Counted from the first letter of the stretch, positions 1-9,050 are shown. The stretch: 12,095 bases of DNA from Octopus sinensis (GCF_006345805.1 NW_021826721.1:1-12095); one strand, 5' to 3'. Translations and numbers: made by a program. The notes: a model not told the origin generated them from the sequence alone.

Positions 1-122
1 AAAAGAAAAAAGTAATTTCATATCGAACTTCTTTACATTCACTACTTTTCTTTCAGTGTTCGAAGAGATGGGATCGTCCATGTTCTTACCAAATTCTAAA
101 TCATATGGAACTAAGTCAAACT
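1..122 (-). CDS. Candidate downstream exon of the VWA gene (either a 33-bp exon 90-122 or a longer exon running off the window)
   Basis: T-rich tract plus weak AAG acceptor at 123-124. The phase-1-compatible frame is open for 40 codons to the window edge (QFDLVPYDLEFGKNMDDP...). Possible donor G|GTAAGA at 89-84. Confidence 0.3.
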
Positions 123-769
123 CTTGAAAAAATAAAGAGGCTTTTTACGAAATGTATTTAATTCCACTTCTGTTGGCTGTTCACACACTCGTTGTATGAG
201 TGTGTATGTATGTGTGTGTGTGTGTATGTATGTGTGGTGGTGTGTGTGTGTGTGTGTTGTGTGTGTGTGGGATGGTGTACATATGCTACAAAATTCATTT
301 TCGTTCGAATTTTAAGTTTCATCTAACTGCTTATTCAACTTCTCAGCTTGGTGTTAATAAAATTGAATATTTAGAACATAGAATGAACACACAGACACAC
401 AGACACACACAGACACGCAACGCAGATCCACACACTCGCGTTTGTATTGAATTATATGTTTGAAGGTTTGTGTATTGTATTGATATATATATGCGTGTAT
501 TCCTAAATGGTACGTTTATTCATTCGTTATTCTGAAAAAGATTTTAAAAGGATAGTCGTTCATTCCGTTTTCCGTAGTCTTTGTGGGGGGAGAGCCAGGG
601 TTTTATCCTGAAAAATAAATAAAAGCGATTAGATTTATAAAAAAAAAATTAAATAATTTGAACGAGAAGTTCAACAATAAAACTTTTGTTCGATGCACCA
701 ACGATTTTCCCTTCTCAGCCGCATCAACGATTAGACCAACAACAACAACAATAATAGTCCTTTCAAATT

Positions 770-948
770 TTATCAAACGGCCAGAAAGTGTAGGAGGTGG
801 GGGTCAGTCAATTATGTCGACCGCAACACTTGATTGGCACTTTATTAATTGACCCACGACGGTATTTAAACTCAAACCATAAAGAGCCAAAGAATTACCG
901 CCTGGAATTTTGTCCAAGGCGCTAACGATTCTGCTATGACGCCATCTG

Positions 949-1026
<78 letters not shown>

Positions 1027-1325
1027 CCTTTATACTGGAGGCACAAGGCCTCAAATTTGGATGGGAGCGGACCAGCCGATCACATCGACCCCACTACATA
1101 ACTGGTACTTAATTTATCGACCCCAAATTTGAACTCATAGCGTAAAGTGCCGGAAGAAATACCCTTAATCATTTTGTCCAACCTGCTAATCAGGCACGAG
1201 GCCAGCAATTTTCAACTGTTGGGATTTATTCAATATTGTCAATCTTGATACCTGATTGGTATTTGATTCTATCGATCCGGAAGAGATGAAAGACGAAGTC
1301 GTCCTCGGATGGATTTGAACTCGGG
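770..1325 (-). mobile_element. Cluster of three diverged SINE copies (~770-947, ~1027-1190, ~1250-1325), same family as 10180-10405
   Basis: Recurrent motifs ggcacaaggcct, atcgacccc, ctggtacttaatttatcgacccc, atttgaactc and gctaacgattctgc. Confidence 0.7.
948..1026. repeat. Compound microsatellite (AAC)n(AAT)n
   Basis: Directly visible. Confidence 0.97.
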
Positions 1326-1599
1326 AAAAGCTATGGAAGGTTAGGCTCTTTCGATCTGTCATTTGCCCATCCTTACCAGGTTCAAGGATATGATTTATTC
1401 GCATCCTGCCACCCATCCGATCGACCGTGACGCAGGTTATACTGAGATATATGATACAAGTTACAGATAGAACTTAGAACATATACCCGTGCATGGCCGA
1501 AACAAGGCGAAATGTTCATGGTTGGAACGCCTTCCATGAAAGGTCTGCTAGATCAGGACTGACCGTGGACGGAGCATGTGCTCGTGCAAACATAGTGGT

Positions 1600-1646
1600 A
1601 TATGTGTACATGTGTGCATATTTGTGTGTGTATGTGTTTGTGTGCA

Positions 1647-1693
<47 letters not shown>

Positions 1694-1725
1694 TGTGTTT
1701 GTGTGTGTGCGTGTGTGCGTGCGTG
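1600..1725. repeat. (TG)n microsatellite, imperfect; similar tracts at ~200-270, 3235-3320 and 8757-8795
   Basis: Directly visible. Confidence 0.95.
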
Positions 1726-1756
1726 CCCGCGTGAATAATTGAACTTCTTTACTTAC

Positions 1757-2128
1757 GCTTGCAAAGTCGGTTTAAGAATTCGCTGCTCAGTTGCACCATA
1801 CTTTTTATCTCGGTGGCGTCCAGAATATTACGTTGTCTGGTAATGCTTGTCAAAGTCTTCTCCGAATTCAGATCATCCATCTTAATTACAAACACTTCGA
1901 TACCGTTTTTACTTAGAACCTTCGCATTTGTAATTACTCCTTGTGGTTCGCTTAGTTTTCCTTTTAAGAAAATAACTGCCACTTTACGTGCTCTGTTGCG
2001 GGCGCCATATTTAGTCATAGTAGATACATTTTTGACTTTTTGTAGAAGAGATACGATGCTCGTTTTGTGGAAGATGTCGAGGTGTTTCATTATTTCAGTT
2101 CTGGTTTGATAAGTGTTTAAGTAGAAAT
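1757..2128 (-). CDS. Exon encoding the C-terminal part of the divergent VWA domain
   Basis: Acceptor ttcttttttcag| (2129-2130), donor C|GTAAGT (1756-1751), 372 bp, phase 1-1. Translation (D)FYLNTYQTRTEIMKHL...YGARNRARKVAVIFLKG...KNGIEVFVIKM...LNRLCK matches VWA motifs (F-L-N-T-Y, G-A-R, KVAVI, GIEVFVI, terminal Cys). Confidence 0.85.
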
Positions 2129-2716
2129 CTGAAAAAAGAATTCGTAAAGTGATATATATACGATTATATTAGGGGTACCTGTTTCTGTGAGATACTCTGC
2201 CTCCTTCACGTTAATTCAAGAGAAACTAATTTATTTAATCGAATAACTGAGTCGTCATATATACATGTGTGTGTGTGTGTGCAAACACTTATATATAACT
2301 ATATATATGTGTGTATGTGCACGTTTGTATGTATGTGTTTGAGTGTATGTATGAGCGCGGACACTAAATTTAGCTTGTGGATGACCAATGGTTTGGATGA
2401 TCGCCGATGAAGGAGCAAAAACTCCTGAAGTATGGCATATACGCCCATTAACCATTTCTCATTTTCGATCTCACCGTTGTTGTTTACATCAGGCGTCTTG
2501 GATACGAAACATCGTAGCAAAAATCAATGCTGGCTTCAATTTCTAAACAAAACCTGTAGAGATAACCTTAACAAGTGATGTAATAGCACTGCTAACACAG
2601 AAGGACACGGTATTCACTTATAAAGGCGTTTGATATACTTTCTAGTATATTACGGATGCATAACGAATTACGATGTCTCCCTAAAGGTCATTAATAACGA
2701 GTTTATTTATACTTAC

Positions 2717-2883
2717 CTTTCAACGCCTGGCACTTTCCAGTAATCATACCAAACAGGACTTTTTTGTTATCAAGATACTCGTCTGTGACTGACTTCTTAA
2801 TGAAGGTAGTAATATTGTGTGTATCTTCGTAACCCATACAGAGGAATCAAACACGAAGTTTATGTCAACCATTCCCCTACAAC
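2717..2883 (-). CDS. Exon encoding the N-terminal part of a second, divergent VWA domain; contains an apparent 1-bp deletion near 2838-2845
   Basis: Acceptor tttctttacttccag| (2884-2885), donor AAAG|GTAAGT (2716-2711). The entry frame reads xCRGMVDINFVFDSS; after a frame change it reads MGYEDTHNITTFIKKSVTDEYLDNKKVLFGMITGKCQALK and ends in phase 1. Length is 167 bp, one short of a multiple of 3. Confidence 0.75.
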
Positions 2884-2944
2884 CTGGAAGTAAAGAAAAA
2901 AATTCTTTAAAAATACCCATATTCAATAATCATATATCTCTGTA

Positions 2945-3207
2945 TTGTGTTCTTGAGCAAGGCACTTTATTTCACGTTGCTCCAGTTCACTCAGCTGTAG
3001 AAATGAGTTGCGACGTCACTGGTGCCAAGCTGTATCGACCTTGTCTTTCCCTTGGGAAACACTGGTGGCGTGGAGAGGGGAGGCTGGTATGCATGGGCGA
3101 CTGCTGGTCTTCCATAAAACAACCTTGCCCGGACTTGTGTCTAGGAGGGTAACTTTCTAGGTGCAATCCCATGGTCATTCATGACCGAAGGGGGTCTTTA
3201 CCCCTTT
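2945..3207 (+). mobile_element. 5'-truncated SINE with a CORE-like segment and a probable target-site duplication
   Basis: gtgttcttgagcaaggcactttatttcacgttgctccagttcactcagctg is homologous to 8885-8936; GC-richer than the flanks; TATATCTCT occurs at both 2933-2941 and 3208-3216. Confidence 0.7.
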
Positions 3208-4301
3208 TATATCTCTATTGTATTTGTCTGTATGAGTGTGTGTGTGCGTGTGTGTGTGGATGGGTGGTTGTTTGTATGAATGTATGTGTGTGTATGGATG
3301 TGTGTGTGTGTGTGTGTGTGTACCAATTTAGTTTTGTATGCTAATTATGAAAATGAAATTAATTTTTGCCATAAATTAATAAATAGTTAATAGCTCTTAC
3401 AGTGTGCAAATTTTGGGTAATTTTAGCCAATCAAAAGCCACCATTATACATAAGAACATAAATCTCGCTGGTGTTGATTTCCTTAGTAACAAAGAAAGTG
3501 GTAGTCTGCCCTGAATTCATTGTAACAAAAATGCAGTACATGCGTAACTGTGTGTAGGAATAAGTATGAGTGCGTTTTACCTGTCTAATATGAAAAATTT
3601 GATAACAAACGCACAGAATTAACTATTATAGAAATATATATGCATATCCCTTAAACTAAACAGGCAACGAAGCAATAATATATGAGGCAGGAGTCACATC
3701 AGTGGAAACAAACGTTTATATTGTACGCAAACTCTGTTACAAATGTAGGAATGTAAGTTAAAACAACAATATTTCAGCCAGACTTCCTTCAGAAATAGAG
3801 AAAAATAAATACAAAAACTATTCAATTTTTAACTGAATGAAAAAAACAACAACACAACACAGTAATTTCAGTCTCAAATGGAATAGATTACAGAAATGCG
3901 AGACAATATAGAAATGTGACAAAAACTGAGAGCTAGGCAAAACTAGGAAATGGTTCCAACTCAAAATCTTTAATAAATTTGCAAATGTCAGATCAGAGAT
4001 CTTTGTTGAACGGCGTCAGTTTGACCCACTGGAAAAACATTATCACTGCATGTGTGAACGGCTAATACTTAGTAACTAAAAAATATTTTGTCATATTCTA
4101 TGGAAATACCCCCGCCTTCCCTAACGCCACACTTTGTTTTGACTACCCATATAAAATACCTTCGTTTAACGGAAGTTATCTTGACAATAACAAGACGAAA
4201 ACTCCCTTCGAGGCTGAACAGACGTTAAAAATGATAAGGGTGATAACTATATAGATATCAGCTAAAAAGATTATTTTGAAAAGAAGACAACTCAGTTCAG
4301 A

Positions 4302-4421
4302 GTGTATGTATGTATGTATGTATGCATGCATGCATGCACGTACCTACGTATGTATGTATGTATGTATCTATGATGTATGTATGTATGTATGTATGTATGT
4401 ATGTATGTATGCATGTATGTA

Positions 4422-4463
<42 letters not shown>

Positions 4464-4557
4464 GATAGATGGATCGATCGATCGATCGATCGATTGATAG
4501 ATAGATATAGCAGCTTGAAAAAATTTCATATATGTATATATACATTTATATTTGGTG

Positions 4558-4594
<37 letters not shown>

Positions 4595-4625
4595 TATATA
4601 TAATATATATATATATATATATTGG
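4302..4625. repeat. Compound microsatellite (TATG)n-(TG)n-(GATC/GATA)n-(TA)n
   Basis: Directly visible; source of several spurious ORFs. Confidence 0.95.
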
Positions 4626-4948
4626 TACATTACGCATATAATATATACACATACAAGCATACGTATGTACACACATATGTGGGTATGTGAGTATGTGTGC
4701 GGGTGTGTTTGTGAATATGTCAGCAGCAAAGCAAAGGTACCCTTCCCTGACGGAAGGATAGGGAGTATTAATTCCCTGAAAAGCGGCCAAGCAGCCATGG
4801 AACATATCTAGGTAATCTCCGTTATTTTTTCTGTGTGTGACCAAAATAACAAGACACTTTTGGTTTAGTTCAGTCACCACAGCATAGGTGTTACTGACTG
4901 CTGTCTAGTTATATTGTATTTATCTTCCCGTACACACACACTTGGCTT

Positions 4949-4994
4949 TATCTTCACTGACGAAGTGGTTCGCTACAGAAACAATTGTAAGGTG
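4949..4994 (+). ncRNA. Degenerate hammerhead motif (probable old PLE pseudo-LTR relic)
   Basis: CTGACGA (4957-4963), A-GTGG-TTCG-CTAC-A, GAAAC-AATT-GTA (same palindrome as at 11518-11525). Stem I is only possible out of register (TATCT/AGGTG with 3 extra nt). Confidence 0.5.
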
Positions 4995-5122
4995 TTTTAT
5001 TGATTAAACTTACCTTGTTTTTCACGGAATTCTTCATCACTCAGGTGTAAGCAAGCAACCATTTGATGGACTGGATTTCCGATGGGGGGGGGAATGTTGA
5101 CCAGCTCCCCTAGTCAGCGGAT

Positions 5123-5210
5123 TGACATCAATCGAAAGTTAAAATGATGCAAAGAGCATTGTGACCAGCGGTGTATAATAGCACAGAGCAGTCTGGTCGA
5201 TCATGCGATT

Positions 5211-5250
<40 letters not shown>

Positions 5251-5375
5251 TGGCCTGCTCGGTTAGCCAGCGGGGTGGTGTCATTGAAGGCTAAATCAAT
5301 GCGAAGTTCATTGTGACCAGCGATGTGTAGCAACATCTGATGGCCTGGTCGGTCCGTGATCAGTGATCACGTGAT
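5123..5375 (+). repeat. Two tandem diverged ~100-bp retroposon 3'-end fragments, each followed by (TA)n
   Basis: Both contain atgc-aag--cattgtgaccagcg-tgt-ta...ctggtcg...acgtgat (5123-5217 and 5272-5375). Confidence 0.65.
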
Positions 5376-5442
5376 ATATATATATTAATATATTAATATT
5401 TATATTATATATATAATATTAATATACTATATTATATTATAT

Positions 5443-5505
<63 letters not shown>

Positions 5506-5508
5506 TAT
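5374..5508. repeat. (TA)n tract left of the PLE; matching tract at 6838-6962 on the right; others at 8590-8650, 11315-11378 and 11706-11798
   Basis: Directly visible. Confidence 0.95.
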
Positions 5509-5641
5509 AAGAAAATAGTAAGTGTGGAAAAAACGACAGTAGGCTTAAATGTTAAAAAATATATATTTGTGTCAAAATGTCTGGAGAATATTGGAAAAAA
5601 TTTTTTCCCTTACCTTAAAATGACATAATTTAAAATTTTTA

Positions 5642-5681
5642 AAGAAATTACCGGTTTCGCGTGTAGCTTTTCAAATTTCTT
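5642..5681 (-). ncRNA. Minimal type I hammerhead ribozyme motif, U3-A8 core variant (left pseudo-LTR, sense to the host gene)
   Basis: Minus strand reads AAGAAAT / TTGAAAA / GC-TACAC-GC / GAAAC-CG-GTA / ATTTCTT, giving a perfect 7-bp stem I. Confidence 0.72.
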
Positions 5682-5823
5682 GTGACGTTATGTTTATATT
5701 GCATGGAATTATCGTTGTTTTTTATTTCCAGGAGATTTCTAAATAAGGGGAGGTAGTGAGTGATTTTTTCCGGTGTAGGGGAGTAATCGCTTAAAAAAAT
5801 TTTTTTCCTTTTCCCTTTCCTTG

Positions 5824-6460
5824 TTAATTTCTCTGTGTCAGTATATTCGGATGGTTGAGTCTGGGTTTGTACTTTTCAATGAAGAATGTTTCCTTGTTCA
5901 GTCTCATTTGTGTTGATAATCCGAAAGCACATTGGTAAAATGGGAAGATTAAAATTGTGGCAGTAGTTGCTTTGCGCATTTCTCAATGTGCTCACTAAAA
6001 GGTATCATTCTATATTCTGGGAATGCAATCTGTTGTCGATGCAGTGTGCATCTGCGCCTGAGTGATAGTCCCGAACCCACGTAGTCTGGTGGTGGCAGCC
6101 CGATCATTTAATAACAAATTAAATATGTTTTCAGAGGCACAAGTAAAGTTAGTTTGATCTAAATTTCTGTCCCTCTTTAAAGAAGAATTCTGATCCTTCC
6201 AATAGGTTAGGACCTGTTGCACAGTTCGATCTACCACATTTTTTTTACTTTGCATCCGTAATTTTAGAAGACAATTTTGCCTTTGTGAGAATCTTTTTAA
6301 GTGATTTAGGCTGTTTGTAGCTTTAATGATTTGGTGTATGTTTAGAATTTCCTTAATTTGGGTTTTTATGAAATATTGGTAAATTCTGGGTGATGATGGT
6401 GAAGGCTTCTTTGTTTCTCTTGGGTTGTATGTAATATGTGTAGGTAGTATTTTTCGGGGA
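5824..6460 (-). pseudogene. Frameshifted 3' part of a PLE ORF: RT-EN linker, Cys-rich motif and GIY-YIG endonuclease
   Basis: Manual translation across frames: ITYNPR / SYKQPKSLKKILTKAKL / KKCGRSNCATGP / FTCASENI / DYVGSGLSLRRRCTLHRQQI...FSEHIEKC / FPFYQC...MRLNKETFFIEKYKPRLN, stop at 5824-5826. These correspond to the PLE motifs YNP, QPKxLK, CxxxxC, FxCxSxN, YVG...LRxR...H, and catalytic E...P-x-LN. Confidence 0.85.
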
Positions 6461-6463
6461 AGG

Positions 6464-6526
6464 TGTGTTGTTGTGTTGAACTTTTCTTAAAGTTTCTACT
6501 TTAGAAAAGTTCAACACAACAACACA
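6464..6526. repeat. 28/29-bp fold-back hairpin at the PLE inversion junction
   Basis: tgtgttgttgtgttgaacttttcttaaag (6464-6492), loop tttcta, ctttagaaaagttcaacacaacaacaca (6499-6526). Confidence 0.9.
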
Positions 6527-6622
6527 ATTTTTAAGCGATTATCTCCCCTACACCGGAAAAAATCACTCACTACCTCCCCTTATTTAGAAATCTCCTGGAA
6601 ATAAAAACAACGATAATTCCAT

Positions 6623-6658
6623 GAAATTTGAAAAGCTACACGCGAAACCGGTAATTTC
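6623..6658 (+). ncRNA. Minimal type I hammerhead ribozyme motif, U3-A8 core variant (right pseudo-LTR)
   Basis: GAAAT / TTGAAAA / GC-TACAC-GC / GAAAC-CG-GTA / ATTTC: 5-bp stem I, 2-bp stem II, palindromic stem III (ACCGGT). Predicted cleavage after GUA at 6653. Confidence 0.7.
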
Positions 6659-6836
6659 TTTAAAAATTTTAAAATTTGTCATTTTAAGGAAAGGGAAAAA
6701 AAATTTTTCCAATATTCTCCGACATTTTGACACAAATATATATATTTTTTAACATTTAAGCCCCTGTCGTTTTTCACACTTTACTAATTTCTTATATATT
6801 CACCCACCACGTGCTTTAACCAAACAAACTTTCTTA

Positions 6837-6952
<116 letters not shown>

Positions 6953-6962
6953 TATATATATA

Positions 6963-7317
6963 GTCGTGGCTGTGTGGTAAGAAGCTTGCTTCCCAAGTAC
7001 GTGGCCTCGCATTCAATCCCACTGCGTGGCACTTAGGCCAAGCGTCTTCCTACTATATCTTCGGCCCGACCAAAGCCTTGTGAATAGATTTAGTAGACGG
7101 AAACTGAAAGAAGCCCCGTCATATGTGTGTTTATTTGTCACGTGTGCGTGTTTGTCCCCCACCATCCTTGGCAACCGATGTTGGTAAGTTTTAGTCATTG
7201 TTATCTAGCGGTTCGGCAAAAAGGCGTCCGATAGAATGAGTACAAGACTTAAATGAATAAGTTCTGGCTTCGATTCATTTGACTAAAAAATAAAATTCAA
7301 GGCCGTGCCCCACCATG
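6963..7317 (+). mobile_element. tRNA-derived SINE of a family I recognise as abundant in octopus DNA
   Basis: Head gtggctgtgtggtaagaagcttgcttcccaa with A box TGGCTGTGTGG and a degenerate B box (ttcaatccc); body gaccaaagccttgtga...gtagacggaaactgaaagaagccc; tail ccgatagaatgagtac...aaggccgtgccccaccatg. Confidence 0.75.
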
Positions 7318-7493
7318 ATTACATAATAGAAGGTTCATCTATAAACGCCTGTCAAAGAAGGCGAGGCTTCAAGGAAGCTAACAGGGGAGTGGGTGGCTGG
7401 GGACACTCAGAGATACCACGAAGCGAACAAAGGCTATTTTGGCGGTAGGTTTCATATACTCACCTTTATCTGAATCTGTGGAAAAAGAGAAGA

Positions 7494-7501
7494 GAATAAT
7501 G

Positions 7502-7556
<55 letters not shown>

Positions 7557-7710
7557 TAACAATAACAATAACAATAATAATAATAGCAATAATAATAATA
7601 AGAATAATAATATTAATAATAATAACAATAACAATAACAATAATAATAATAATAACAATGATGATGATAATAATGATAATGATAGTAATAATAATGATAA
7701 TAATAACAAC

Positions 7711-7764
<54 letters not shown>
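7494..7764. repeat. (AAT)n microsatellite with AAC/GAT variants; resumes at 8290-8335 after the LINE; another at 10407-10495
   Basis: Directly visible. Confidence 0.97.
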
Positions 7765-8288
7765 TCATATTGAAAGACTTCAAACAAAGAACATGCCTCC
7801 TCATTGATATGACTGTCCCAATCGATATAAACGTATCTGTCAGACCTACCAAAAACTGAGCAAATATAAAGATCTGAAATAGAAATCAGCAAAATGTGGA
7901 AGCTGAAGACTAAAACAATACCTGTTGTCATAGGTGACCTGGGAATGATAGCAAAGGGGCTGATAGCTACCAACTCAGATACCAGGAAACCCAAAATGGC
8001 AGAAGTTCAAAAGATAGTGCTCATGGGAACTGCTCATATACTACGCAAAATACTCTCTATGTAATCTCAAGGTTTAAAACAAACATAATTTTCGGTTTTT
8101 AAAAAAAAAAAAAAAAAAAACCTTTTTTTTTAGACATTCATTAGTACAACATCCCCACCCCCCACCCCCCCAAATATATGGCACACTAGGCATAACAACA
8201 ACATGAACTTCCAACCCTGTTGTCTCTTGAGGTCTCTGGGTGAGACTTGGAGCCAACTTGTACAAATATAAAGCAAAAGTCAAACATA

Positions 8289-8290
<2 letters not shown>
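7765..8290 (+). mobile_element. 5'-truncated R4/Dong-clade non-LTR retrotransposon (C-terminal restriction-like endonuclease plus 3' UTR) in a (TAA)n tract
   Basis: With small frameshifts it reads ILKDFKQRTCLLIDMTVPIDINVSV..TYQKLSKYKDL..IEISKMWKLKTKTIPVVIGDLGMI..PGNPKMAEVQKIVLMGTAHILRKILSM*, stop at 8062-8064. This is the typical RLE C-terminus (LID-x-x-VP, K-x-x-KY-x-x-L, IPVVIG-x-LG). (AAT)n lies directly on both sides. Confidence 0.85.
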
Positions 8291-8335
<45 letters not shown>

Positions 8336-8590
8336 TATGTTTGTGTTGAAGATATTTCGCTACTGCCCCTGTCACTTCCCCTCTCCAAGCGTTCAGTCAT
8401 ACTATAACATCTCTTATCCTTTAACGTTTAATGTTTACAACATCAATTTAACACCAGTGGGCTAGCATATAAAAAACTGAGATTCAGTAAATAGTATTTT
8501 ATATATAAAAGACCATAGTGGTTCTTTGTGGTTGAGACCATAGCGAATCTCTTTCTAGCGTAAGGGCTTCCACATAGTGGTTCCCTCTTA

Positions 8591-8634
<44 letters not shown>

Positions 8635-8809
8635 ATATTATATGTATATATGGCATATATCCACACGCACGCACGCGTGTATAAGTTCAGATTTGTTTTT
8701 ATTAGTCAAAACTCCATACTTTCAATGAGAGCATATGTATATCCGTATTTATATATATGTGTGTTTTGTGTGTGTGTATGTGTGTGTGTGTGTGCACTTA
8801 TGTATGTGG

Positions 8810-9050
8810 GAAGGTGCACCGTTTAGTGGTTGGGCTACTCGTTTCCCTATCGTAAGGTTGTGAGTTCGGTTCTTGGTGGCGCGTTGTGTCCTTCAGCAAG
8901 ACACTTTATTCCACATTGCTCCACTCCACTCAGCTGGCAAAAATGCTTTGTACCTGTAACTCAATGGGCCAGCCTTGTCACATTTTGTGTCATGCTGGCT
9001 GAATCTCCCTGAGAACTACATTAAGGCTACGCGTAGGCGGCAGAGTGTCA
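8810..9050 (+). mobile_element. Diverged tRNA-derived SINE with a CORE-like segment
   Basis: Degenerate A box (gtttagtggtt) and B box (gagttcggttc), then ttgtgtccttcagcaagacactttatt...ccactcagctgg, shared with 2945-3000. Confidence 0.7.

Larger units (their letters stand above)
5504..6836. mobile_element. Penelope-like retroelement remnant (probably Neptune-type): GIY-YIG ORF fragment flanked by inverted pseudo-LTRs, embedded in (TA)n
   Basis: Inverted repeats at ~5504-5800 and ~6527-6798, each carrying a hammerhead motif; frameshifted endonuclease-coding sequence lies between them; (TA)n tracts on both outer sides. Confidence 0.88.

Noticed and set aside
200-1054. ORFs 200-463, 658-852, 804-1046 and 872-1054
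   Set aside because: Produced by (TG)n, (AAC)n/(AAT)n and SINE sequence; low-complexity translations with no domain signal.
1759-2109. 116-aa plus-strand ORF (also 9472-9657 and 9738-9956)
   Set aside because: Antisense shadows of the real minus-strand VWA exons.
4741-4782. Two adjacent hairpins with CTGACGG and GAAA
   Set aside because: Spacing and core do not fit a hammerhead; no stem I or III.
4276-4880. Five overlapping ORFs of 73-170 aa
   Set aside because: Stop-free frames through (TATG)n, (TG)n and (TA)n microsatellites.
5504-6798. DNA transposon or MITE interpretation of the long inverted repeats (also 11374-11623)
   Set aside because: The internal sequence encodes a PLE GIY-YIG endonuclease, not a transposase; the arms are asymmetric and associated with hammerhead motifs.
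7439-8400. Poly-Ile/Leu/Tyr ORFs that look like membrane proteins
   Set aside because: Translations of (AAT)n and the antisense strand of the LINE fragment.
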